The notes under the pieces are model-generated. The model did not search any database and was not told the DNA's origin. It saw only the letters and a list, made by a program, of their open reading frames with translations. The translations under genes were made by a program, and so were the position numbers. A stretch of DNA of 63,539 nucleotides, counting the filler, from Mycoplasmatota bacterium (lineage in GTDB: Bacteria > Bacillota_I > Bacilli_A > RF39 > UBA660), in the NCBI GenBank assembly GCA_012727915.1. It is 7 parts of 7 records of this genome, joined end to end, with 100 filler letters (N's around TTAATTAATTAA, not from the genome) between each part and the next. Parts side by side here need not be neighbours in the genome. Positions count along the whole stretch, not along the records: positions 22,090 to 27,735 come from JAAYGD010000048.1; positions 27,836 to 35,302 come from JAAYGD010000050.1; 5 more parts are not named here. One strand, 5' to 3'. Below, one piece after another: positions 22,090 to 32,316 of this stretch (positions are counted from its first letter, which is position 1; every line of letters begins with the position of its first letter).

Positions 22090-22803
22090 ATTGATGAACT
22101 TATTAAAGATAAGCTTAGAATAATGATAATGACTAAATATGACTTGTGTGATAAGGAAGAAACCAATAAATGGGTTAAATATTATGAAGAAAAAGGATAC
22201 ATTGTATTAAAATACGATTTGATTAAAGATAATATTAACAGTATTTACTCAAAAGTAGAAGAAATAATGAATGATTTTAACATAAATAGAGAAGAAAAGA
22301 ATTTATTGAAAAGAAAATATAGAGCTTTAATAATAGGAATACCAAATGTAGGAAAATCAACATTAATTAATAAAATTGTTGGAAAAAGAAGTACTAAAGT
22401 TGGAAATATGCCTGGAGTAACAAAAGATTTAAATTGGATTAGATCTAACAGTAAGATTGAGTTGTTAGATAGTCCTGGATTATTATATCCCAATATAGAT
22501 AATGAGGAGAAATCATTTAATCTTGCTTCTCTTTCTTCTATAAAAGAAGAAATTTTACCTATAGATGAAGTTTCTATTTTTGTATTAAATAAATTAAATA
22601 AATTTTATCCTAAGATTTTAAAAGAAATTTATAATTTAGATAATATTGATAATGTTGAAGAAAGTATTTATTTAATAGGCAAAAATAGAGGGTGCTTGAT
22701 AAAAGGTGGGGAAGTAGATTATAATAAAGTATATAAATTAATATTGAAGGATATACGTGATGGTAAAATAAAAAATATAACCTTTGATAGATATGGGGAA
22801 TGA
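22090..22803 (+). CDS. rbgA: Ribosome biogenesis GTPase RbgA/YlqF, 5' truncated
   Basis: Circularly permuted TKYD...GIPNVGKSTLIN...PGVTK..W...LLDSPG; DIRDGKI. Confidence 0.95.
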   Translation: MDELIKDKLRIMIMTKYDLCDKEETNKWVKYYEEKGYIVLKYDLIKDNINSIYSKVEEIMNDFNINREEKNLLKRKYRALIIGIPNVGKSTLINKIVGKRSTKVGNMPGVTKDLNWIRSNSKIELLDSPGLLYPNIDNEEKSFNLASLSSIKEEILPIDEVSIFVLNKLNKFYPKILKEIYNLDNIDNVEESIYLIGKNRGCLIKGGEVDYNKVYKLILKDIRDGKIKNITFDRYGE

Positions 22804-22804
22804 A

Positions 22805-23299
22805 ATGAATTTATATATTGATTTTGATGGAGTAATATTAGATACTATACCTTTATTAGATAGGATATTATTGGAAAGAAATATTGATTTAAAAGATGAA
22901 TATAAAAAAAGAGAAGTATACGCTAGATTAGATTGGGAAAAGATAGTAAATGAAACACCTCAAATAAATGATAGTATAAAACATATAGATAGATTAAGAA
23001 AATCTAATAAGTTTAATATTGCAATTTTAACTCATGTTAATTCTATGCAAGAAGCTATAGCAAAGATTAATTATTTGGAAAAAGAATTACCAGATATAAC
23101 TAAAATAATTGTACCAAAAGAAATATCAAAAGCTAAAATGTTAGAGACAAAGAACGCTATATTAGTTGATGATTATGGTGTTAATTTAGATGAATGGAGT
23201 AAAGAAGGCGGTATTTCAATTAAGTTTTCAACTAAAGTGGATAAAGTATATAAATATAAATCAATAAGTAAATTAGATCAATTATTGGATTTGTTTTAA
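22805..23299 (+). CDS. HAD-superfamily hydrolase (5'-nucleotidase-like)
   Basis: YIDFDGVILDT, ILT, K, ILVDD...LDEW...GG. Confidence 0.75.
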   Translation: MNLYIDFDGVILDTIPLLDRILLERNIDLKDEYKKREVYARLDWEKIVNETPQINDSIKHIDRLRKSNKFNIAILTHVNSMQEAIAKINYLEKELPDITKIIVPKEISKAKMLETKNAILVDDYGVNLDEWSKEGGISIKFSTKVDKVYKYKSISKLDQLLDLF

Positions 23300-23302
23300 T
23301 AA

Positions 23303-23386
23303 GCGAGGATGGTGGAATTGGTAGACACGTACGCTTGAGGTGCGTATGATTTATTCGTGAGGGTTCGAGTCCCTTTTCTCGCACCA
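23303..23386 (+). tRNA. tRNA-Leu (anticodon GAG)
   Basis: GCGAGGATGGTGGAATTGGTAGACACG-TACGC TT GAG GT GCGTA-long variable arm-GGTTCGAGTCC...CTCGCACCA. Confidence 0.97.
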
Positions 23387-23556
23387 AAATATAATTAAAT
23401 ATAGAGGAATTTTATGATTGAAATTGTTAATGACATAAGCGAAGAAAATCTAAAGGATATAATCAAATATATAAAAGAAGAGAAGAAATTATAAATTAAT
23501 ATAATTTCTTTTTTATGATATAATCATTTTAGATAATAATATGATAGGAGATATGG

Positions 23557-24237
23557 ATGAGTAAGTTAATTGTTATTGAGGGTACTGATTGTTCAGGTAA
23601 AGAAACTCAAACAAATTTATTATTAGAAAGATTAAAAAAAGAAAAAATTAAAATAGAAAAATTATCTTTTCCAATGTATGATACTCCAACTGGTAAAATA
23701 GTAGGAGGACCATATTTAGGAAAAGAGCATATTTCAAAAGGTTTATTTGAAGAAGGGGCTGCCAAAGTTGATCCTAAGGTTTCTGCATTATATTTTGCGG
23801 CAGATAGAAAATATAATTCACCTAAAATAATTAATTTATTAAAAAAAGGTTATAATGTAATACTTGATAGATATGTAGTATCTAATATGGCTCATCAAGC
23901 TGGTAAATTAAAAGTATCAGAACATAGATATGAAATGTATAATTGGCTTGATAGTTTAGAATATGGATTATTAGAACTTCCTAGAGCTAATTTAACTATA
24001 TTATTATATGTACCTTATAAAAATGCTTATGAATTGAAAAAAAATAGAAAAGAAAAACCTGATCAACATGAAATAAGCAAGGAACATTTAAAATTAGCGG
24101 AAGCAGCATATTTGGAACTAGCAGATTTATATAACTTTAAAATAGTAAATTGTGTTAAAAATAATAAAATTAGAACTATAGAAGATATTCATGAGGAAGT
24201 ATATAAAATTGTATCTGAAAGTTTAAAGGAGAATTAG
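23557..24237 (+). CDS. tmk: Thymidylate kinase / deoxynucleotide kinase
   Basis: IVIEGTDCSGKETQ, SFPMY, FAADR, ILDRYVVSN. Confidence 0.9.
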   Translation: MSKLIVIEGTDCSGKETQTNLLLERLKKEKIKIEKLSFPMYDTPTGKIVGGPYLGKEHISKGLFEEGAAKVDPKVSALYFAADRKYNSPKIINLLKKGYNVILDRYVVSNMAHQAGKLKVSEHRYEMYNWLDSLEYGLLELPRANLTILLYVPYKNAYELKKNRKEKPDQHEISKEHLKLAEAAYLELADLYNFKIVNCVKNNKIRTIEDIHEEVYKIVSESLKEN

Positions 24238-24239
24238 TA

Positions 24240-24887
24240 ATGGATAAAAAAAAGAATAAAAAGGTTTATAAAATTACAAAGAAGATTTTATTAATATTAT
24301 TAACAATTTTATTGATTGCGATGTCAATACCAAGAAAATTAAATTTAAAAGATGGCGGAACAGTTGTTTATGATGCTTTTTTATATAAACTAATTAATTG
24401 GAATAAATTAAATCCACCAGGTCCTAATATAACTGGAAGAGAATTTCATATATTTCCAACAAACTTTCATTCTATAGAATATTATTTGGATCCTATGCCG
24501 CCTCATGTAATGATTAGCAATAATGATAAATCAATAAGTGTTTTAGCAAATATAGGCACTTATACTTGGAAAGATAAAGTTGAAGGAAAAGAAAGAAATA
24601 TTATTGCGGATTCTGTTCATCCAATAAAGATGGAGTATAAAGATGTTATTAATGTAAAAGCTATGGATAGATTATATTTTGAAAATGAAGATTTAAAAAT
24701 TGAAAAAGTTGAAATATATAAAGAAGATAATGAAACAAAATGGAATGTAGATTTTATAATTGATAATAATGAAAAAAGTATTACTTTACCTGTATTAGAT
24801 TTTTATAATTATATATTAGTTATAACCGCTAAAAGTGAACAAGGTACAGTATATTATTCAATTAAAATAAATGTTATGATATACTAA
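24240..24887 (+). CDS. Hypothetical membrane-anchored extracellular protein
   Basis: N-terminal TM; KDGGTVVY..FLY...W segment. Confidence 0.75.
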   Translation: MDKKKNKKVYKITKKILLILLTILLIAMSIPRKLNLKDGGTVVYDAFLYKLINWNKLNPPGPNITGREFHIFPTNFHSIEYYLDPMPPHVMISNNDKSISVLANIGTYTWKDKVEGKERNIIADSVHPIKMEYKDVINVKAMDRLYFENEDLKIEKVEIYKEDNETKWNVDFIIDNNEKSITLPVLDFYNYILVITAKSEQGTVYYSIKINVMIY

Positions 24888-24902
24888 AAATAGGAGGAAT
24901 TA

Positions 24903-25673
24903 ATGGAAATATATATGTTTTTAATAACAGTATTTATTATAATATTGTTAATGTCAATTCGTCAAATTGATGAATATGAAAGGGGAATTAAATTTACTAA
25001 GGGAAAGTTTACTAATATTATGCAACCAGGATGGAGAATAGTATTACCAATATTTCAATCATTTAAAAAAGTAGATATAAGAACTAAAGTAGTAGATGTT
25101 CCAGATCAAGAGGCAATAACAAAAGATAATGTATCAGTAAAAATAAATGCAGTTGTATATTATAAAATATTTGATGCTTCAAGAGCAATAATTGAAGTAC
25201 AAGATTATTTTTATGCAGTTAGTCAATTAGCACAAACAACTATGAGAAATATAGTTGGTAATGTAACATTAGATCAATTATTGACAGATAGAGAGAGTAT
25301 ATCTGCTAATATTCAATTAATAGTGGATAAGGCTACAGATGAATGGGGAGTAAAAGTAGAGAATGTTGAATTAAAAGATATTTCTTTACCTGAAGAGATG
25401 AAAAGAGTAATTGCAAGAGTAGCAGAGGCTGAAAGAGAAAAAAAGGCAGTGATTAAAAAGTCAGAAGGGGAAGCAGAAGCAGCTAAAAACTTAGCAGAAG
25501 CAGCCGCGTTATTACATCAATCACCAGGAGCACTACATTTAAGAACATTAGAGACTATTAATGATGTTAGTTCGGATCAATCTAATACAATATTCTTTGC
25601 AATGCCTATTGAGGTATTAGATGCATTTAAAGGCATAGGTCAATTGGCAAACAATAAAAAAGATTCTAATTAA
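24903..25673 (+). CDS. SPFH/stomatin (slipin) family protein
   Basis: EYERG, QEAITKDNV, SQLAQTTMR, WGVKVENVELKD, AEAEREK, ALHLRTLET. Confidence 0.95.
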   Translation: MEIYMFLITVFIIILLMSIRQIDEYERGIKFTKGKFTNIMQPGWRIVLPIFQSFKKVDIRTKVVDVPDQEAITKDNVSVKINAVVYYKIFDASRAIIEVQDYFYAVSQLAQTTMRNIVGNVTLDQLLTDRESISANIQLIVDKATDEWGVKVENVELKDISLPEEMKRVIARVAEAEREKKAVIKKSEGEAEAAKNLAEAAALLHQSPGALHLRTLETINDVSSDQSNTIFFAMPIEVLDAFKGIGQLANNKKDSN

Positions 25674-25676
25674 AAC

Positions 25677-25704
25677 AAAACAACATCTATTAAGATGTTG
25701 TTTT
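25677..25704. terminator. Bidirectional intrinsic terminator
   Basis: AAAACAACATCT-ATTA-AGATGTTGTTTT. Confidence 0.8.
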
Positions 25705-26935
25705 ATTTCCAATTCCAAGGATTATCTCTATATGCTTTGATATAGTTATAAGCAATTTTTAATATCAATAATTTTCGTTTAAACCCATTATCCTTTTTAT
25801 AAATTAAAGGATTAGTTCTTTTGTCCCACAAAGACAAAGCTTTGTCTTTAAATTTGGAATTAACAATATATTTACTAGCTACATATTTAGGAACAAAAGT
25901 TAACAATTGAATTTTATCAACTTTTGTAAATTTAGTTTTCTTGTTATATATTAAATCATTAGCGAGAACTTCAATTAAATTATAACCACAAGGAGTTATA
26001 TAATATGAGCATCTTCCTTGACGAGCATTTATTTCCATTACTTTATATTTTTTTTCTCTTGCATCATATTTCATATCGAATTCAGCAAATCCTTTATAAT
26101 TAATACTTTCCATAAAAGATTTAATTTTATTTATTTGTTCATCAACACCATCAAATTCAGTATATCCATTAATTAATACAGCAGCATTACCAATCATTCT
26201 TGAACCATGTTCTTGTAAACCTATTTGCGCAAAAGAAACAAATTGACATTTGCCATTTTTATCACAATAAACAACTGCATCATGTAAATGGCTATCATCT
26301 CCAGGAATATATTCTTGAATAATCAAAGTATCATCATAAATACTATTTTTAAAACACTTAATAACTTCTTTTAATTCTTTTTCGTTTTCTAATTTATATA
26401 TTTTCTTTTTTCCTTTAAAATTAGCATGTTTAAATTTTATTACATTAGCAGGTTTAACTATAATTGGATATTTAATATTTTTTGGTATTTTATTATCTTT
26501 AGAAACATTAAAATATATTGTTTGAGGTAAATCTAAAATTGAATTAGCATACGTTTTATAAAATAATTCTTTATTTACTAAAGTACTTTGTAGTTCAACA
26601 CTTGGATAATTAAAATAAAATTTATTTTTTAATTTATCAATGTTTTTTGCAATATATTCTCCATATGTTTCATTAGAAGAAATTAATAATATTTTCTTAT
26701 TTTTATTCTTTAAATAATATTTTTCTAATTCATTTAAAAACACTTCTTCTTCCCACAAATTATTTACATATGTCATATTTAAAATTTTAGTGTAACGAGT
26801 AAAAGCATGAGGTTTTTCATTCTCCGCTATTAATCCCAACATATCTGCTTTTTTACCTGTATATTCGTGATAACATCTTGCCAAATAATAAGCATTTATA
26901 TCAGTTCCTATTATTAGTGCATTAAAATCTTTCAT
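25703..26935 (-). CDS. ATP-grasp carboxylate-amine ligase, D-aspartate ligase (Asl/YxbA)-like
   Basis: IGTDINAYYLAR..HE.., YPIIVKP, IIQEYIPGDD, IGNAA, GFAEFDMKYDAR, EINARQGR. Confidence 0.85.
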   Translation of the reverse strand: MKDFNALIIGTDINAYYLARCYHEYTGKKADMLGLIAENEKPHAFTRYTKILNMTYVNNLWEEEVFLNELEKYYLKNKNKKILLISSNETYGEYIAKNIDKLKNKFYFNYPSVELQSTLVNKELFYKTYANSILDLPQTIYFNVSKDNKIPKNIKYPIIVKPANVIKFKHANFKGKKKIYKLENEKELKEVIKCFKNSIYDDTLIIQEYIPGDDSHLHDAVVYCDKNGKCQFVSFAQIGLQEHGSRMIGNAAVLINGYTEFDGVDEQINKIKSFMESINYKGFAEFDMKYDAREKKYKVMEINARQGRCSYYITPCGYNLIEVLANDLIYNKKTKFTKVDKIQLLTFVPKYVASKYIVNSKFKDKALSLWDKRTNPLIYKKDNGFKRKLLILKIAYNYIKAYRDNPWNWK

Positions 26936-26943
26936 ACTTCCTC

Positions 26944-27735
26944 CTAATATTTAATTTCATATCTTTTGTCTTTTGAAATGTATATTCTTGGTACACGATT
27001 TGAAACGCTTGCCAATAATTTATATATATTGGTATTTGTATTTTCAGCTTTCTTTCTTGTGGTTATAACATCACCAAATATTTCAACCATATCACCAACT
27101 TTAACGGTATCATCAATTTTTATAAATGTCACATCCATATTAATTGCAATAGTAGGATATAATTTATTGTTAATACATACTTCAGTTAAGTTGTTATACA
27201 GATAATCCGCATATCCATAAGGTAATATTGCAATGGTTTGATTTTCTTTTGCTTTATACATTCCCGAATAACCAACTATCTCTCCTTTTTTTATTTTATT
27301 AATTTTTATAACTTCTGTTTTAAAAGAAAAAATACTTTCTAATTTTAATTTTGGATTAACAACAATTGTTTTTTTAAATTTTAATGTATTAAAAATTTTT
27401 ACTTTTACTGAGGGATAATATCCTGGATTAGCAAAACCATACATGATAATACCTAATCTAACTCCATTAGCAAAAGGTATTTTATCATGTTGTTCCATAG
27501 TTAAAGAACGATCTAAATGAACAATAGGGATTTTATTTAAATCAATTAGGGAAGTTAATTCAATAAACTTAGCAATGGCATTTGAATATTCTTCTGAATA
27601 TAAACTTCCATTAGATAAATGGGAATAAATGCCTTCATTTATTAAATTATTATTTGAATTATTAACTATGTAAGTAACATCTTCTTTATTATTTAAACCA
27701 AAACGATTCATTCCTGAATTTATTTTTATATGAAA
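26944..27735 (-). CDS. alr: Alanine racemase family protein, 5' truncated
   Basis: HIKINSGMNRFG, GIYSH, VRLGIIMYG, VGYSG, PYGYAD, NMD, YKLLASVSNRVPRIY. Confidence 0.88.
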   Translation of the reverse strand, partial: FHIKINSGMNRFGLNNKEDVTYIVNNSNNNLINEGIYSHLSNGSLYSEEYSNAIAKFIELTSLIDLNKIPIVHLDRSLTMEQHDKIPFANGVRLGIIMYGFANPGYYPSVKVKIFNTLKFKKTIVVNPKLKLESIFSFKTEVIKINKIKKGEIVGYSGMYKAKENQTIAILPYGYADYLYNNLTEVCINNKLYPTIAINMDVTFIKIDDTVKVGDMVEIFGDVITTRKKAENTNTNIYKLLASVSNRVPRIYISKDKRYEIKY

Positions 27736-27835
27736 NNNNNNNNNNNNNNNNNNNNNNNNNNNNNNNNNNNNNNNNNNNNTTAATTAATTAANNNNNNNNN
27801 NNNNNNNNNNNNNNNNNNNNNNNNNNNNNNNNNNN
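27736..27835. other. Artificial contig spacer
   Basis: N44-TTAATTAATTAA-N44. Confidence 0.99.
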
Positions 27836-28678
27836 AGATGGGTAGTTGGACCAGAAGGAAAGGGAATATTTACAAGTGAAGAAGATATGATGTCATATTT
27901 GAAAACTGATGAATTGTTAGGGATTAGTTTAAAAGATAAGACAGTAGAACAATATATAGAAGAAAACAAACAAAATTATCAAAACATACCACTAATAGCA
28001 GCAATGGGAATGGGGGTTGTACAATCAACCGCAACACCAACACCAATGATTGAAGATGAAACACCGAGTTTAATAACATTAGAACAACCATATAAAGATT
28101 CACTTGAAGTTAATATGCCTGAAGAAAATAATTTTGTACAAAATAATAGTGGTTATTTTATAAAAGCTGATGATTTAACAAGAAATAATGTAAAGGATTT
28201 TAATGATATTTTTTATAATAAGTTTGAATTGCCTATTGAAGAAAGAATCAGTTTACTTAAAAATCAAAAAAACGATTTAATTATTCAAGAAGTGGAATTA
28301 GGGACAATTTCAGCTTCAATATCAGGGCCAAATTCATCTCAACAACCAATTGCAACTCCAACAATTCAGGGAGAAGAAATTGTTAATGATTCGTCAGACA
28401 CATTATCTATTCGAAATAAAATTGAAAGGCTTGAATTAGCAATTAATCAACAAGAAGCTTTATTGAAAGAAACTAGAGATTTAAATAGAAATGGTGGTTG
28501 GTTCGGTAAAGATGGAGATATTAGATTGCTTGCAGTTAAAAGAGATAAAACCTCTGATCCTACTAAAATATCTTATTATAATGAACAAATTGAAAAAGTA
28601 GTAGAAAGTTTTAATTCTAGAATTAGCTCTCAAGAGTTTATTCCTATTGACGATTTATTAAATTCAAATAATATATAG
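27836..28678 (+). CDS. Hypothetical protein, 5' truncated, low-complexity linkers and C-terminal coiled coil
   Basis: Frame open from contig edge through ORF 27887..28678. Confidence 0.7.
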   Translation, partial: RWVVGPEGKGIFTSEEDMMSYLKTDELLGISLKDKTVEQYIEENKQNYQNIPLIAAMGMGVVQSTATPTPMIEDETPSLITLEQPYKDSLEVNMPEENNFVQNNSGYFIKADDLTRNNVKDFNDIFYNKFELPIEERISLLKNQKNDLIIQEVELGTISASISGPNSSQQPIATPTIQGEEIVNDSSDTLSIRNKIERLELAINQQEALLKETRDLNRNGGWFGKDGDIRLLAVKRDKTSDPTKISYYNEQIEKVVESFNSRISSQEFIPIDDLLNSNNI

Positions 28679-28796
28679 TTTAAATAAATAAGTATAATTA
28701 ATAGGTAACAAATAATTTTAATATTATATATTTTAATAGCAACATTGAATGATTTATGTGATATAATTTAACTATAGTATAAAAGGGAAGTGTGAT

Positions 28797-29264
28797 ATGA
28801 CAAAAATTTTAGATTTTTTGTATGATAATTATATATATGTTATTATTATATCTAGTTTTCTTATTATTACTTTAATTGGTTTTATTAGTAAAGAATCAAA
28901 AAAGGAAAATAAAGTTGTAAAGAATAATGAAGAAAACTCAAAAATAAATGAAATAAATAATATTGAAACTAATACTGTAGTTGAGCAAGAAGAAGTTATT
29001 CCTAATAATTTTCAATCTGTTGTTCAAGAAGAAACAAAACCTAATATTCTTCAGCCTGTAGTAGAAATTGGGACACAAAGACTTCAAGTTAAACTTGAAG
29101 ATGACAATAATAGTAATGTGGAACATAAGAATCCCGAGATTTTCAAGTTAGATGATACAATTATTTTAAATAGAGAAGAACTGGATAAAGAGGTTGATAT
29201 TATTGAATTTGAGCAAACAAAAGATTTTATTTCAAATAATGATATTCCAAAACCAATAGATTAA
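28797..29264 (+). CDS. Single-TM protein with acidic disordered tail
   Basis: N-terminal TM, E/N-rich remainder. Confidence 0.75.
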   Translation: MTKILDFLYDNYIYVIIISSFLIITLIGFISKESKKENKVVKNNEENSKINEINNIETNTVVEQEEVIPNNFQSVVQEETKPNILQPVVEIGTQRLQVKLEDDNNSNVEHKNPEIFKLDDTIILNREELDKEVDIIEFEQTKDFISNNDIPKPID

Positions 29265-29287
29265 AATGTAAAAAGAGACAAAATTCG

Positions 29288-29316
29288 TTGACAATTTATG
29301 TCTTTTTTAGTAAAAT
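29288..29316 (+). promoter_or_regulatory. SigA promoter of rplM-rpsI, overlapping the upstream terminator hairpin
   Basis: TTGACA-17 bp-TAAAAT; -35 lies in the loop of the imperfect AGACA...TGTCT(T6) hairpin. Confidence 0.75.
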
Positions 29317-29321
29317 CATAG

Positions 29322-29375
29322 TCGGTACATTTTAATCCCATTATTTGGTTTTCCGAAGAAACCTATTTATAATGA
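29322..29375 (+). ncRNA. Possible L13 leader RNA
   Basis: 5' UTR hairpin GGTTT-TCCGAAG-AAACC flanked by CATTAT/ATAATG upstream of rplM. Confidence 0.4.
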
Positions 29376-29393
29376 GAAAGGAAAAAAATTAAT

Positions 29394-29825
29394 ATGAATA
29401 CTTTTATGCAAAGAAAAGAAGACATAAAAAGAGAATGGTTTGTAATTGATGCTACAGATATTCCTCTAGGAAGATTAGCGTCAAAAGTAGCTATGGTATT
29501 AAGTGGAAAAAATAAAGTTACTTATACTCCACATGTAGATTGTGGGGATAATGTTATTGTAATAAACGCTTCTAAAGTTGAATTAACTGGTAATAAACTA
29601 GATGATAAGATGTATTATAATCATAGTGGATATCCAGGAGGATTGAGAGTTAGAAATGCTAGAACAATGAGAGACAAGTATCCTACTGAGATGATTGAAA
29701 GAGCTGTTAAGGGAATGCTTCCAAAAGGAAGATTAGGAAGACAAATGTTAGACAAATTATTTGTATATTCAAGTAATGAGCATAAACATGAAGCACAAAA
29801 ACCTAAAGAAATGATGGTGAATTAA
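29394..29825 (+). CDS. rplM: 50S ribosomal protein L13
   Basis: WFVIDA...[35 protein letters not shown]. Confidence 0.98.
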   Translation: MNTFMQRKEDIKREWFVIDATDIPLGRLASKVAMVLSGKNKVTYTPHVDCGDNVIVINASKVELTGNKLDDKMYYNHSGYPGGLRVRNARTMRDKYPTEMIERAVKGMLPKGRLGRQMLDKLFVYSSNEHKHEAQKPKEMMVN

Positions 29826-29826
29826 T

Positions 29827-30246
29827 ATGGCAGAAAAAAAAGTATATATTGGAACAGGACGTCGTAAATCATCTATAGCTAGAGTAAGAATGACTTCAGG
29901 AAAAGGTAAAATAACTATTAATAATAGAGATATGAATGAATATTTACCATTTCCAACATTAGTATTAGATTTATGTCAACCTTTAGATTTAACAAATACT
30001 AGAGATAAGTTTGATATTGAAGTAAGTACTTATGGTGGTGGTTTCTCTGGACAAACAGGCGCAATACGTTTAGGTATTACTAGAGCACTTTTAAAATATG
30101 ATGAGAATACTGATCCTACTAGTGACACTTCATTTAGAAAGATACTTAAATCTAATGGTTTAGTTACAAGGGATTCTAGAAAGAAAGAACGTAAAAAATA
30201 CGGACTTAAAAAAGCTCGTAAAGCACCACAATTTAGTAAAAGATAA
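29827..30246 (+). CDS. rpsI: 30S ribosomal protein S9
   Basis: [38 protein letters not shown]. Confidence 0.98.
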   Translation: MAEKKVYIGTGRRKSSIARVRMTSGKGKITINNRDMNEYLPFPTLVLDLCQPLDLTNTRDKFDIEVSTYGGGFSGQTGAIRLGITRALLKYDENTDPTSDTSFRKILKSNGLVTRDSRKKERKKYGLKKARKAPQFSKR

Positions 30247-30328
30247 AATTGACTATAAACTATTGTTTATAGTTTTTTTATATATATTTGATTTTGATGA
30301 TATACTATTAAATTGATATGAAAAAATA

Positions 30329-31300
30329 TTAAAACTCATAATATATACTATATAAATTTGAATCACAGTTTTTTCCGGTAACATATGAAAGATTAGTAAA
30401 TATATTCTTTGAGTATTCTGTATTTTTGTTTTCATATAGTATTTTATTGGTTTCATTTATTAATTTAATTGCTTTTTTTATAGAAATATCATATAAATCA
30501 AAAAAAGAGTAGCTATATATTTCTTTTTTTGAACAAGGATGATTCCATTTTTTATTTTTAATATTTAAATAATAGTCTTTGTTAAAAGATGGTTCTGCAT
30601 ATGATATTGTTCTAAAATTAAAATCAAAAAATGGTAACAATTTATCTATCAATGTATATATATAATATTTAATTTTATATGGATCATACCTTAGTAAGTA
30701 ATATAAACTTTTCATTATTAAAATGCTTTTATAATAATATTTTGATATGTTTAATTGTTTAAATGTTTTTTCAAATGTATAATCTATAGTTGTATTTAAT
30801 TCATTATTAAATTTTTTTATTTTAAAAAAATCTTTGTGAATTTTTATTTTATTTATATTTAATTTTTCTCTTTTACTTAAAAAGTATTGATCGATATATT
30901 TTTCCATATCACTATGTAATCCTTTATATTTTTTCGTGTGAGGTTTATTTTTGTTATATACTCCTGTTTTATAGAATACATAAGGATGTATTGTTGAATC
31001 TAATGTATAGTGTAATATGTTTCCATATAAGTAAGACATTACTTGTTTATTAGACTCTAATTTATTATTCTTAATATAAGAAATTAAATTATAAAAATAA
31101 TCTTGAGTATTAGTTCTATGCATTTTTTCGCTTAATTTTTTCATTTTTTTTGTTTTGGAATAATTAAAAGAATAATAAAAAAACAATATATCAGGGCCTT
31201 GTGAAAATATTTTAAGTAAATCTAAATCGATATATTTTTTAAGTTTTAATTTTTTATATACATCATTAGCAAAATAAGCATGTGTTATAGTACTTGGCAT
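30329..31300 (-). CDS. Zinc-dependent phospholipase C family protein
   Basis: MPSTITH, QGPDILF, H, GNILHYTLDSTIHPYV, HSDME; start ATG 31300 after GAGGAG. Confidence 0.85.
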   Translation of the reverse strand: MPSTITHAYFANDVYKKLKLKKYIDLDLLKIFSQGPDILFFYYSFNYSKTKKMKKLSEKMHRTNTQDYFYNLISYIKNNKLESNKQVMSYLYGNILHYTLDSTIHPYVFYKTGVYNKNKPHTKKYKGLHSDMEKYIDQYFLSKREKLNINKIKIHKDFFKIKKFNNELNTTIDYTFEKTFKQLNISKYYYKSILIMKSLYYLLRYDPYKIKYYIYTLIDKLLPFFDFNFRTISYAEPSFNKDYYLNIKNKKWNHPCSKKEIYSYSFFDLYDISIKKAIKLINETNKILYENKNTEYSKNIFTNLSYVTGKNCDSNLYSIYYEF

Positions 31301-31377
31301 AATTCTCCTCATTTATATAATATAATTTTTTATACAAAAAATCAAATTTTTTATGGTATAATTTTAATGGTGATACT

Positions 31378-32307
31378 ATGGCAACAAAAAAAGAATTTAA
31401 AACTTTAGACCAACAAATACTTATATTAAAAAATAAGGGTTTGATAATAGAAGACGAGGAAAAAGCAAAAAATATATTATTTAGAGAAAATTATTTTTTC
31501 ATAAATGGTTATAGGTATATTTTTTACAAATCACAAAATGATAGAGTATTTATCGAAGGTACTACTTTTGATGAATTATATGCTTTTTTTATATTCGATA
31601 GAAGTATTAGAAATATTATGTTTAAAAATATATTAATAGTTGAAAATAATATAAAATCAGTTATGAGTTATATATTATCAAAGAAATATGGAATAAAAGA
31701 AAAAGATTATTTAAAAGCTAGTAATTTTTCGAGAGATTATTCTAAATCAAGAAGAATAAATGATGTTATTGGAAAGATGAAAAGACAAATAAAAATAAAT
31801 AGTAAACAACATAGCGCTACATTACATTATATTGCTAATTATGGTTATATTCCTATGTGGATTATGGTTAAAGTGTTATCATTTGGAATAATAAGCGAAT
31901 TATATTCAATATTAAAAGATGAAGATAAAAAAGAAATTGCTGATTACTATAATGTTGATACTGAAGACTTGGAAATATTTTTATCAGTAACTGCTAATTA
32001 TAGAAATTTATGCGCACATGAAGATATTTTATTTGACCATAAAACTCAAAGAGATATTCCTGATACTGAATATCATAATATATTGAAAATTCCAAAAGTA
32101 AATGATGAATATGTTTATGGAAAAAATGATTTTTTCTCGGTATTATTAATTATGAGACACTTATTATCAGAAGAAGAATTTAGATTGTTGGTTTATGAAA
32201 TAGGATATGAAATAGATTTGTTGGATGGAAAAGTATCATCAATTCCTTTATCCAAAATATTACATAGAGTAGGTTTTGTTGATAATTGGAGAGATATATT
32301 GTTATAG
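31378..32307 (+). CDS. Abi_2 (AbiD/AbiF-like) HEPN protein
   Basis: FKTLDQQI.ILK.KGL, ENYF..NGY, FDRSIR...ILIVE, IPMW...LSFG, YRNLCAH. Confidence 0.9.
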   Translation: MATKKEFKTLDQQILILKNKGLIIEDEEKAKNILFRENYFFINGYRYIFYKSQNDRVFIEGTTFDELYAFFIFDRSIRNIMFKNILIVENNIKSVMSYILSKKYGIKEKDYLKASNFSRDYSKSRRINDVIGKMKRQIKINSKQHSATLHYIANYGYIPMWIMVKVLSFGIISELYSILKDEDKKEIADYYNVDTEDLEIFLSVTANYRNLCAHEDILFDHKTQRDIPDTEYHNILKIPKVNDEYVYGKNDFFSVLLIMRHLLSEEEFRLLVYEIGYEIDLLDGKVSSIPLSKILHRVGFVDNWRDILL

Positions 32308-32316
32308 GAGGAAAAA

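Noticed and set aside
27784..27969. ORF running into Ns (also 51506..51799 and the X-containing tails of 33424 and 48051)
   Set aside because: Stops come from the linker; antisense to real genes or truncation artefacts
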